A stretch of 64,000 bases of DNA from Ostreococcus lucimarinus (taxonomy: Eukaryota). Every line of letters starts with the position of its first letter. Position 1 is the first letter of the stretch. The notes below the pieces were generated by a model. It was given only the letters and a program-made list of their open reading frames with translations, was not told the DNA's origin and made no database searches. The stretch lies in assembly GCA_000092065.1 (NCBI GenBank), contig CP000589.1. The stretch is one strand, 5' to 3'. Shown in pieces: positions 20,348-29,066 of this stretch. A program made the translations under genes and the position numbers.

Positions 20348-20572
20348 ACTTATATTTTCATATAAATCTCCGCGGCGTGGGTCAGATCACGCGCGCGGCG
20401 CCCAGGGGCGCGTAATGACATTTCGTCGGGTGGAGGGTGTTACAAAATAAACGCGCGCGAGCTAAAGCCCGCCGGGCTAAGAATTGGAGTTGCGTCTAAC
20501 TCTTAGACCCCGTCCCGGTGCGTGCGCGGTGAAGTCGCGCCACCGTACACCATCCCTTGATTTCGAGGAAGG

Positions 20573-21208
20573 CTAGCACGTGGGTCCACGCGCCGCGGGC
20601 CGCTCGGGAGGCGCCGGCTTGGCCGCCGCCGAGCCCGCGGCCTCAGCCTCAGCCGCGGCCGCGGCCGCGCGCTTCTCGAGCCAGTCTTTGGCTCGCTCGC
20701 GGTATTTAGCGTTCGCCTCTGTACTAATCTTGTTTGCCGCGTTACAGGCATTGATCATCGTCGTGTTGCCCTCAGAGATTCCGTGACACCAATGCACACC
20801 CATCCCGTCGCGATCCGGCCACGCCGAGTGCCCTAACGATATGCCGCGACGGACGTTGCAGTGGGCGTAGTCCGCCACGTGAAAAATAGATGCCTCAGGA
20901 CTCATTTGTGAACGGGGACTTACGCACGCGACGCTTTTCAATACATCCGTTCCTTGACCCCAAAAAGCATTGGCGCGCGAACTGTGCACGACGTAAAAGG
21001 CGTCGTTGTACTTCCAATACCAGTCCTCGTCAAAGATAAGCGTAGGTTGGACAGCGTCCGTGTCGTGGTTCGTGTCCCGACCGTCCCACAACGTCCTGGC
21101 AAAGTCCACGGGCGGTGGCGCGTACCAAAAGTACTCGGGTCGACCGTGCATGTACCACGAAAAGTGTATGTTTTTCTCCTTCTCCACTTTACGCGCCATG
21201 CAAAGCAA
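20573..21208 (-). pseudogene. truncated tandem paralog (C-terminal half only, no TM anchor) of the downstream 21237-22394 type-II membrane protein; possible pseudogene or truncated soluble paralog
   Basis: 211-aa ORF begins at the position homologous to residue ~190 of the neighbour (LCMARKVEKEKNIHFSWYMHGRPEYFWYAPPPVDF versus LCMARKVEQEKNIHFSWFVRSRPDYFWYGPPPVDF). About 80% nucleotide identity over about 280 bp. Both end in GPTC-stop. Confidence 0.4.
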
Positions 21209-21236
21209 CTTCTGAGCTTTGTCAAAGTGCTTCTAA

Positions 21237-22394
21237 CTAGCACGTCGGTCCCATCGATTGCATCGGCGGGTCGTCGGCGTACGCGTTCAAAGAGCGCCAG
21301 TGGCTTACTTGCGCTCGGTAAACTTTAGTCTCTGACACACTAATTGCCTGGGCACGCTCGCACGGATGTATGTGCCTCTGAAGTGTGTAATCTACGCAAC
21401 TCAGCGTACCTTGTCCTGGCTTTGCGGTTGGCCGAGCCGATCGCTCGAACCCGATTCCCACGGCCCTCGACGCCGCCCCGACGAGGTCTACCACTTTGTG
21501 AAGGGCTGTCTCCGGAGTCATACGTTCAAGGAAGACGTGACCGGTCGCGGGGATCTCAGCTCGGCATGGTAATTTCGACAAAATCGATGACCCTGGGCCC
21601 AGTATACCATCGGCGTGCGAACTGTGCACGGCGTATAAGGCGTCGTTGTACTTGTGACGCCAATCCTCGTCAAAGATGAACGCGTGCGCGCTGTCTGTAC
21701 CCCTACCGTCCCACAACGTCGTGGCAAAGTCCACGGGCGGCGGCCCGTACCAAAAGTAATCGGGTCGACTCCGAACGAACCACGAAAAGTGTATGTTTTT
21801 CTCCTGCTCCACTTTGCGCGCCATGCAAAGCAGCCTTTTGCTCAAATCGAACTGCGCGTACGTCGTCGCCGGCGAAAAGTAGTCGTCTTTTTTCACCTTG
21901 AATCCACGCGCAGCGCAATGCTGTCCCCAAGGATCCTTCGTGTCTAAGTCATAAGCCGAGGCCGTGTAAAACGAAACCGCCACGGGTCGAATGACGTCCA
22001 GCGCGCGTTGCAGCACGTGCGGATACACCTTTGGAAACATCGCCGATCGGTCTCGCCACCCGCTCACGTCTGCGATACTCAGGAGCATGATCGGGTGCAC
22101 GTTCACGCAGCGCTCCGCCATCCAATCCAGCACATTCGTCTTCAAACCCTTGGAGACGTGATCCAACACCATCCCGCGCACCGATCCTCCGATGAGGAAC
22201 GCGACGTCCGCGCGTCCCTCCGCGCACGACTGCGCGCCGAGCGCGTCGCGCCGCGCCGTCGCCGACGCGACGACGATCGCCACCGCCGCGATCAGCGACA
22301 ATAACGACCCAACGCGCGTCCGTCGCGCGCTCCTAGAGCCATCATCGCCGATGAGCGGCGTCGCCTCGTCCGTCATCGCGCCGCGAACACCCAT
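21237..22394 (-). CDS. type-II membrane protein (short cytosolic N-terminus, signal anchor, lumenal domain), lineage-specific; possibly glycosyltransferase-like
   Basis: 385-aa ORF. TM VGSLLSLIAAVAIVVASA. Conserved-looking blocks NIHFSWF, YFWYGPPPVDF, IFDEDW. No named family recognised. Confidence 0.5.
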   Translation of the reverse strand: MGVRGAMTDEATPLIGDDGSRSARRTRVGSLLSLIAAVAIVVASATARRDALGAQSCAEGRADVAFLIGGSVRGMVLDHVSKGLKTNVLDWMAERCVNVHPIMLLSIADVSGWRDRSAMFPKVYPHVLQRALDVIRPVAVSFYTASAYDLDTKDPWGQHCAARGFKVKKDDYFSPATTYAQFDLSKRLLCMARKVEQEKNIHFSWFVRSRPDYFWYGPPPVDFATTLWDGRGTDSAHAFIFDEDWRHKYNDALYAVHSSHADGILGPGSSILSKLPCRAEIPATGHVFLERMTPETALHKVVDLVGAASRAVGIGFERSARPTAKPGQGTLSCVDYTLQRHIHPCERAQAISVSETKVYRAQVSHWRSLNAYADDPPMQSMGPTC

Positions 22395-22455
22395 CGATCA
22401 CGAACCGCGTCGCCGCGCGCGCGACGCGCGTCGGTTTTCGCGTCGCCGCGCGCGC

Positions 22456-22598
22456 GACGCGCGTCGGTTTTCGCGTCGCCGCACCGCGCGCGCGATGGTG
22501 CGTCGCACAGTGCGACGCCGATGCATCGCATCGCGCGCGTCGCCATGTCCTCGGCGCCCCTGCACGACGCGCGCGCGCGCGGAAGGATGTCCGACGCG
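22456..22598 (+). repeat. dispersed duplicate of the 5' UTR / start-codon / transit-peptide region of the S9 peptidase gene (original at 24904-25046), with an extra 31-bp local tandem copy at 22421-22451
   Basis: About 143 bp, about 99% identical to 24904-25046, including atgcatcgcatcgcgcgcgtcgccatgtcctcggcg. Confidence 0.8.
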
Positions 22599-22619
22599 AA
22601 GGATGTCCGACGTATCAAT

Positions 22620-23029
22620 ACGTCGACGGCCCCAGTTCTTGTATGATGAGGAGCATACAGTTATTCGCGACGAAATAGCACAGCGCGGGAAGCGCAAACG
22701 AGGTGAAGCGTTTCGCGCTCCACGTCACTTCTTCGACTCCTCCGCACGCCCGCGACGTCGTCAAAAAGATGAACGACAACACCAGCTTCACCGACTCCAT
22801 CGTGAACGCCAGCACCACGGTATCGTACGGATAATCATCATCACTGTTCCGGCTCAGACTCGCGAATATCGTTCCCGCCACTTGCAGGAACAAGTACGAC
22901 ACCATGCTCAACACCTTGATCGACAGCGGCGTTTCCGTCCTTCCGTCGCTCTTCTTCTCGGTCGGCGTCGCATCTCGCGCGAGTTCGCCGTCCGCATCCT
23001 TCCCATCTCGCGCGAACAGCGGTTCGCGA
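22620..23029 (-). pseudogene. duplicated fragment of the nucleotide-sugar transporter gene (copy of 16114-16523, N-terminal ~145 codons without start codon)
   Basis: About 410 bp nearly identical to 16114-16523. The fragment lacks the first ~10 codons. It is fused in an ORF (22615-23565) to sequence antisense of the GT25 gene, so it is treated as a chimeric pseudogene. Confidence 0.7.
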
Positions 23030-23188
23030 GTCTGGAAAGCGCTTCCGTGCGGTACAAGCGAGTCGCCCCAATAGGAGTAGGTGTAGCCTAGCTGTAGCTG
23101 TAGCTCCGTCGCCGACAAATGTCCGACCGATCGACAGAGACCGACGCGCGTCCGCAGCCGACACTGCGCGCGCCCACGCGACGCGAGA

Positions 23189-24742
23189 ATGAGTGACAAA
23201 GACGCGCAAAGCATCTCTCGCGGCGAGCGCTCGAATTTGCTCGCGCGCAACGCCGCGAACGGCGTCGTTGAGGGTGTTGCGAGCATCCTGGACGAAGAGC
23301 GCGGTGAGACCGACGTGAGCGAGCGATCCCGAGCGAGAACGTCGACGTCGCGAGGATGTCTCGCGAGTGTTGCGCTGATGGCGTGTGCGGTCGGCGCGGG
23401 GATGGCGGTCGCGTCGCGCGGGGGGGTCGACGACGCGAGGACGAGCGCACGAGCTCGCGGCGGTGGGAAATCGACGCTCGGGATCAGTGGAGCGACACGA
23501 GCTCGCGGCGGTGGGAAATCGACGCTCGGGATCAGTGGAGCGACGGGAGTGCGGACGTATATCATAGCAGATACGTCGCCCGGAGACGAGATGGAGAGAT
23601 CTAGGAAAGGACGCGATTACGTGTTCAACCTGTTCAAAACGCACGGTGGTTTGAGCGACGCCGAAGCGCGCAATACTGTGGAAATCTCGAGTGCGACGTT
23701 TCCTTCGCTTTGGCCGGATACCTTCGAGACAGCGCGAAGCGCGACGCACGATGTACTAGCGGGAGCCCTTGCTGCTTCAGAAGCGAACGTTCCAACCAGT
23801 GAGTTGCCGTATCCCATCAGACAGGTTCACGAATCGCAGCTCAATCCACAGCACCGTTGCGTCGGCGAAAAATGCGTATTCCCGTATAACCACCACCTTG
23901 GATGTCTTCTATCTCACATGTCTGTGTGGAAGAAAGCTATTTCGCGAGGTGAGGATCGGTTTGCCGTGTGGGAGCAAGATGGTATGGGGATCGCTTCCGT
24001 GAGCCCGCTTGACTACACAGAGCTCGGACGCCAGCTTCCTCGCGACGCAGATATGGTCTGGCTCCTCCCCATTGGAAGAAGCACCGGTCAATTCGTGAAA
24101 AAGTTCCGCTCAAGGGCGTTTGGCACGTGGGGGAAAGGTACCTGGGGTCTCGTAAAGACAGACTGGTCGCCCGAATCGATGCACACGGCGATGAATTCAA
24201 CGCACGTTTATTTGTACAAGTGGAACAAAATGTGCTCGTGGGCAGGAACGGCAGCTCTCATGTTCACCAAGCAAGGCGTCGAGAAAATTCTTCGGTACAG
24301 TACCGAACACAGTCTCGACATGATCGATGCTTTCCTCATTGGCGGATGCATCCATAAATCGGGAAAGACGAGTCGTCTTTCCTTGAACTGTTATCACGCG
24401 TCGAGCGTGCCAACCAAGAAAGAGCTCCTGGGTGGAATCGTGCCCGATTGGTACACTGACGAAACCGTGGGCGATCGAGCACTTCCTCAAGAGCAGGTTG
24501 ACGCCATGGATCGGGATGACGCCAAGTTCAACTCGCTTGGTTGTCAGCGCGGCGGCGACGAGTTCAAGTCAAAATCTGCCTGGATTCCCACGTCCTGGGC
24601 TGGAGACGACTCCGCGGATTCGTGCGTTCCCTCCTGGAACGCCCCGGTGGACGTGTGCGATGCATCCGTGAAGTATCCACTCGATGGACACAAGTACTCA
24701 TACCTCGGCAGCGCGATGTTGCGTACAAAGCCCGAGCGTTAG
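23189..24742 (+). CDS. glycosyltransferase family 25 (Lic2A/LPS-beta-1,4-galactosyltransferase-like) type-II membrane protein
   Basis: 517-aa ORF. Signal anchor CLASVALMACAVGAGMAVA. GT25 hallmark GCLLSHMSVWKKAISRGEDRFAVWEQD. Internal 48-bp tandem duplication encoding ARGGGKSTLGISGAT twice in the stem. Confidence 0.6.
   Translation: MSDKDAQSISRGERSNLLARNAANGVVEGVASILDEERGETDVSERSRARTSTSRGCLASVALMACAVGAGMAVASRGGVDDARTSARARGGGKSTLGISGATRARGGGKSTLGISGATGVRTYIIADTSPGDEMERSRKGRDYVFNLFKTHGGLSDAEARNTVEISSATFPSLWPDTFETARSATHDVLAGALAASEANVPTSELPYPIRQVHESQLNPQHRCVGEKCVFPYNHHLGCLLSHMSVWKKAISRGEDRFAVWEQDGMGIASVSPLDYTELGRQLPRDADMVWLLPIGRSTGQFVKKFRSRAFGTWGKGTWGLVKTDWSPESMHTAMNSTHVYLYKWNKMCSWAGTAALMFTKQGVEKILRYSTEHSLDMIDAFLIGGCIHKSGKTSRLSLNCYHASSVPTKKELLGGIVPDWYTDETVGDRALPQEQVDAMDRDDAKFNSLGCQRGGDEFKSKSAWIPTSWAGDDSADSCVPSWNAPVDVCDASVKYPLDGHKYSYLGSAMLRTKPER
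23449..23544 (+). repeat. perfect 48-bp tandem duplication inside the GT25 coding region
   Basis: acgagctcgcggcggtgggaaatcgacgctcgggatcagtggagcgac occurs twice consecutively (23449-23496 and 23497-23544). Confidence 0.9.
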
Positions 24743-24968
24743 CGACGCTTGTAAAGAAACAGCCTAGGGGTGCTTGAATCCGGTATTGGGAATTTCCCGA
24801 TACGTATCAAAAACGACTGTTTTCATACTGTTTGCCCATACGAAAAGCCTAATACGTTGATACGCCAATACGGTATCAGCTCGTATCAAGTGCAGCAGGC
24901 CTAGACGCGCGTCGGTTTTCGCGTCGCCGCACCGCGCGCGCGATGGTGCGCGGCACAGTGCGACGCCG

Positions 24969-27761
24969 ATGCATCGCATCGCGCGCGTCGCCATGTCCTC
25001 GGCGCCCCTGCACGACGCGCGCGCGCGCGGAAGGATGTCCGACGCGAAACGCGCGCTCGTCGCGCGCGCGAGAGGCGCGTTCGACGCCGTCGCGGGACGG
25101 CGTCGACGCGTGAACGTCGCGAGCGGTGGTGACGAACGCGGGACGACGACGCGGGAGGACGCGCGCGCGAGCGATGGGGACGACGCGAACGGGTACCGAC
25201 GCCCGCCGGACGCGCTGACGCAGTTCACGGAGCGACCGCAGAGCCCGAACGTGACGGTGTCGCCCGATCGAAGGCGCTTGCTGTATTTGCACAAACCGCC
25301 GCCGCTGCCGGACGTGGCGACGCTCGCGCGAGAGGAGGTGAAACTGGCGGGCGTGCGGATCGATGCGGCGCAAAATTCGACGTCGAGGATGGGACATCAA
25401 ACGAAATTGGCGATCGGAGCGATGCCTGCGAGAGAGGAGGAGATCGGAGCGGCGGAAGATTTCGTCGGGACTCCGGAGAACGCGCTGATTAACTACGTGA
25501 GTTGGTCGCCGGATGGGACAAAGATAGCGTTTACGACGCGCTCGAGCGGAGAACCGGGTGAGCCAGAGCGAGGACCGTTGACACTTTGGATCGCCGACGC
25601 GCACACGCGACAGTGCCGAGTGCTGCTTCCCGATCGTGGGTTGAATACTATTTTTGAGTCGTACAGTTGGTTGAACGACGACGTCATCGTCGCGTGTTGC
25701 ATTCCAGAAAATCGACCCAAGGAAGCGCCGAAGCGACCGCAGACGCCGTTCGGGCCGAGAATTCAAACAAACCGAGGTGGTAACGTGGCACAGGCGCGAA
25801 CGTACGCCGATTTATTGAAAGACTCGCACGATGCGGATTTATTCGATTACTATTGTTCGTCGGAACTCGTGGCGGTGGACGTCTCCACCGGGGCGACGAA
25901 GACTTGGGGTGATGGAAAGGCGAGAATCTACACGCGCTGCGATCCGTCGCCCGACGGAAAATATGCTATCGTCGAAGCCATTCATCGGCCCTACTCGTAC
26001 TCGGTGCCGTGTGGTAGGTTTCCAAAGAAGGTTTGGGTGGCGGACAGCGACGGCAAAGTCGTGCGCGAGGTCGCGGACTTACCTTTGGCCGAGAATGTGC
26101 CCATCGTGCACAACGCCACGCGTAAAGGACCTCGTGCGGTGAACTGGCGTTCGGATAAGAGTGCGTCGTTGTACTGGACCGAGGCGCAAGATGAGGGTGA
26201 TCCGAGAGTCGAAGTCTCCCCTCGAGACGTCACGTACACGGTCGACGTCGGCAAAGATCCTGCGGCGACGCCCAAGACGCTGTTTCAAACTGATTATCGC
26301 TACGGTGGCGTCGCATGGGGCGGCGATGATATGTCGATTTTATATGAGAGTTGGTACAAGACACGCACGTCGCGAGTGTGGGTGACTTCGCCGGGCGACG
26401 CCGATCCGAATGCGACAAAGCGCATGCTTTGGGAGCGCGACTACGAAGACAGTTACAACGCTCCCGGTTCATTTGCTACACGCCGGACGGAAGATGGATC
26501 GTACATTCTGGCGCGTGTCGTCGGACCGACGCCGTTGGGAGAAGGTAAACCCACGGGTCCGGGAGTGAAGCTGTTGTTGCAGGGAGACGGCGCGAATCCA
26601 GAAGGCGATAGACCCTTCATCGACTTGTTCGACGTCGACACCGGCGCCAAGCATCGAATGTGGGAAAGCAAACCGCCGTATTTGGAGCATCCGGGGAGTT
26701 TGATCAGCGATTACGGCGGCCCCGAGGCGGCGCCTGTCACGCTCGAAACTATGCGCATATTGTTCTCTCGAGAGAGCCCGTCGGAGAATTCGCAATTCTT
26801 TTCGCTTCAAATGACCGCCGACGGCTCGCCCGGAAAAGAGGTGAAAATTTCAAATTTCCCTCATCCACATCCCGACTTAAAGGAGCTGCCGAAGGAAATA
26901 ATCAAGTACAAGCGCGACGACGGCGTTGAGCTCAACGGCACGCTGTACACGCCGCCCGGGTACGACGCCGCGCACGATGGTCCGCTACCACTCCTGATGT
27001 GGGCTTATCCACGAGAGTTCAAAACAAAAGAAGCTGCATCGCAGCTACGCGATTCACCGTATCGCTTCACCGGTATCGGCCCATCGAGCGCGTTGGTGTG
27101 GCTTGCGCGTGGATACGCAGTGCTCGACGGGCCGGCGTTGCCCATCATCGGCGAAGGCGAGGGTGTGGAACCGAACGATACGTACGTCGAACAACTCGTC
27201 GCTGGCGCGCGTGCGGCGGTGAACGAAGTCGTTGCGCGCGGTGTCGCGGATCCGGAGCGCATCGCTGTCGGCGGTCACTCGTATGGCGCGTTCATGGCGG
27301 CGAATTTGCTCGCGCACGCACCGGATTTGTTCGCGTGCGCCATCGCGCGAAGCGGGGCATACAATCGAACGCTAACGCCTTTCGGGTTTCAAGCCGAAGA
27401 ACGCACGCTGTGGGAAGCGCCGGAAACGTACAACGCGATGTCACCGTTCATGAACGCGCACAAGATTAAAAAGCCGATTTTATTGATCCACGGCGAGGAG
27501 GATCAAAACAGCGGTACCCATCTCATGCAATCCGAACGCTTCTTCTCCGCTCTCAAGGGTAACGGTGCCGAGGTCAAGCTTGTCATTTTACCGCACGAGT
27601 CTCACGGCTATCGCGCCAAAGAAAGCATCAACCACATGCTCGCCGAGACGTCTGATTGGCTGGACGCGCACTGCGCGCCAGGGGCGAAGAAAGCCGCCGA
27701 GGCGCGCGCGGAGGAAGCCGCCAAGGCGAAGCGCGACGCCGAGGAGATGGTTTCGAAGTAA
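24969..27761 (+). CDS. S9-family serine peptidase, glutamyl-endopeptidase (chloroplast CGEP)-like, with N-terminal targeting peptide
   Basis: 930-aa ORF. Beta-propeller region then alpha/beta-hydrolase domain with catalytic triad context GGHSYGAFMAANLL (GxSxG), LIHGEEDQNSG (Asp), LPHESHGY (His). Confidence 0.8.
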   Translation: MHRIARVAMSSAPLHDARARGRMSDAKRALVARARGAFDAVAGRRRRVNVASGGDERGTTTREDARASDGDDANGYRRPPDALTQFTERPQSPNVTVSPDRRRLLYLHKPPPLPDVATLAREEVKLAGVRIDAAQNSTSRMGHQTKLAIGAMPAREEEIGAAEDFVGTPENALINYVSWSPDGTKIAFTTRSSGEPGEPERGPLTLWIADAHTRQCRVLLPDRGLNTIFESYSWLNDDVIVACCIPENRPKEAPKRPQTPFGPRIQTNRGGNVAQARTYADLLKDSHDADLFDYYCSSELVAVDVSTGATKTWGDGKARIYTRCDPSPDGKYAIVEAIHRPYSYSVPCGRFPKKVWVADSDGKVVREVADLPLAENVPIVHNATRKGPRAVNWRSDKSASLYWTEAQDEGDPRVEVSPRDVTYTVDVGKDPAATPKTLFQTDYRYGGVAWGGDDMSILYESWYKTRTSRVWVTSPGDADPNATKRMLWERDYEDSYNAPGSFATRRTEDGSYILARVVGPTPLGEGKPTGPGVKLLLQGDGANPEGDRPFIDLFDVDTGAKHRMWESKPPYLEHPGSLISDYGGPEAAPVTLETMRILFSRESPSENSQFFSLQMTADGSPGKEVKISNFPHPHPDLKELPKEIIKYKRDDGVELNGTLYTPPGYDAAHDGPLPLLMWAYPREFKTKEAASQLRDSPYRFTGIGPSSALVWLARGYAVLDGPALPIIGEGEGVEPNDTYVEQLVAGARAAVNEVVARGVADPERIAVGGHSYGAFMAANLLAHAPDLFACAIARSGAYNRTLTPFGFQAEERTLWEAPETYNAMSPFMNAHKIKKPILLIHGEEDQNSGTHLMQSERFFSALKGNGAEVKLVILPHESHGYRAKESINHMLAETSDWLDAHCAPGAKKAAEARAEEAAKAKRDAEEMVSK

Positions 27762-27876
27762 TCGATCGCGCGGCGCGCCGCACGCATTTATAGTTTTTCC
27801 TTCACTTACTAACTTAGTTACTACAAACCTACACGCCTACACGCCTACACGCCACACGCCTATCCGGCTATGGGAC

Positions 27877-28749
27877 CTAGCTCCAATCGTCGTCGTCGTC
27901 GTCGCCGAATCCGCTGTCGTCGTCCTCAAACCGATCGCTGTGCTCCGAAGAATCGCTCTCGGTGTCGGGATAATCGTCGAAATAACCCGCCGCGTTACTG
28001 TCCGAGTCCCCGTAATCGCTCTCCGCGTCCTCGTCGTCCGCGACGTCGTGAAAATCTCGTACCCGAATCACCGGCGCGTACCCATCGTCGAAATCGTCGT
28101 CGTCCGAGTCGCGCGCGTCCTCGTCCATCATCTCGTACACATCGTACACCCACTCGTCCTCTCCCTCGCTCGCGCTCGTCGACGTCCTCGCGAACGCCTC
28201 CTCTCCCTCGAACGGCGGCGGTCCCGCCTCCGCGTTCGCCTCGCCTCGACTCGCCAAGTACTCGCGCACCATCGGCGCGCAGTTACACATCAGCGCCGAT
28301 TCCATCGCCCGCGCGCGCTCGAGCGAATCCACCATCGCGTCGTACACGCGCGTCTCGCGTCCCGCGCCGTCGTCCGCCGCCCGCGTCTCCGCGTCGTCTC
28401 GCGCCACGCCCTCCGCCACGCGTCTCGCGCGCCGTCGCCGTTTCCGCGCGCCGCGCGCTTCGGACGTCGCGTCGAGCGCGCCGTCCAGCGCGTCGTCCAG
28501 CGCTCGCGCGAGCGCCGCCGCGCGCGCCGCGTTCGCGCCGCGCGCGCCGTCCCCGAATCCATCGTGCGCCTCGACGACCTCGACGACGACGCGCGCGTGC
28601 GACGCGTCGCCGCGCTTGCGCTTCACGCGGACGTACGACATCGCGCGCGGCGTTTTGAGGTCGTCGACCGTCGCGAGCGACGCGTCGGACGACGACGCGT
28701 CGCCGCGTCGGACGCGTCGATCGTCGCGACCGACCGACCGTCCGCACAC
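27877..28749 (-). CDS. Iwr1-like RNA polymerase II nuclear import protein (acidic, with KRKR NLS)
   Basis: 290-aa ORF. N-terminal VKRKRGD. Acidic C-terminus with Iwr1-domain-like DSDSNAAGYFDDYPDTESDSSE. Alternative start at 28641. Confidence 0.45.
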   Translation of the reverse strand: MCGRSVGRDDRRVRRGDASSSDASLATVDDLKTPRAMSYVRVKRKRGDASHARVVVEVVEAHDGFGDGARGANAARAAALARALDDALDGALDATSEARGARKRRRRARRVAEGVARDDAETRAADDGAGRETRVYDAMVDSLERARAMESALMCNCAPMVREYLASRGEANAEAGPPPFEGEEAFARTSTSASEGEDEWVYDVYEMMDEDARDSDDDDFDDGYAPVIRVRDFHDVADDEDAESDYGDSDSNAAGYFDDYPDTESDSSEHSDRFEDDDSGFGDDDDDDWS

Positions 28750-28967
28750 GCGGGTGTTTCGTACGGGCGCCCCCTAAAACACCCGCGTGTGGAGGGTAGA
28801 CGAACCGACGATTCGGTCAACGACGGCGCGCGGCGCGATTCGGGGCGACGCACGCGAGACACGCGCGCGAACGCCGCCCCGACGCGTCGCGGGGCACCAC
28901 ACGACGCGCGACGATCGCGCGCGGGATTCGACCGAGCGACCGAGCGACGAAGGGCGCGGGCAGAAGA

Positions 28968-28991
28968 CGCGCGCGCGCGCGCGCGCGCGCG
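28968..28991. repeat. (CG)12 dinucleotide microsatellite in the divergent intergenic region between Iwr1-like and MAPK genes
   Basis: Direct reading of cgcgcgcgcgcgcgcgcgcgcgcg. Confidence 0.9.
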
Positions 28992-29066
28992 AGGCGAGGG
29001 ATCGGAGCGCGATCGAAAACGCGCGGGAAAGAGCGGGAAGGCGCGAAAAGGGACGGCGGGTAAGGG

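Noticed and set aside
20348-20572. Moderately AT-rich spacer with tatattttcatataaat adjacent to the fusion-gene start; considered as TATA box or small RNA gene
   Set aside because: The motif directly abuts the start codon (too close for a canonical -30 TATA box). No tRNA-like cloverleaf or conserved RNA motif recognisable.
22615-23565. 316-aa minus-strand ORF that would encode a transporter N-terminus fused to unrelated sequence
   Set aside because: The ORF is a chimera of a duplicated transporter fragment lacking its start codon and antisense sequence of the GT25 gene. Interpreted as pseudogene fragment, not a functional gene.
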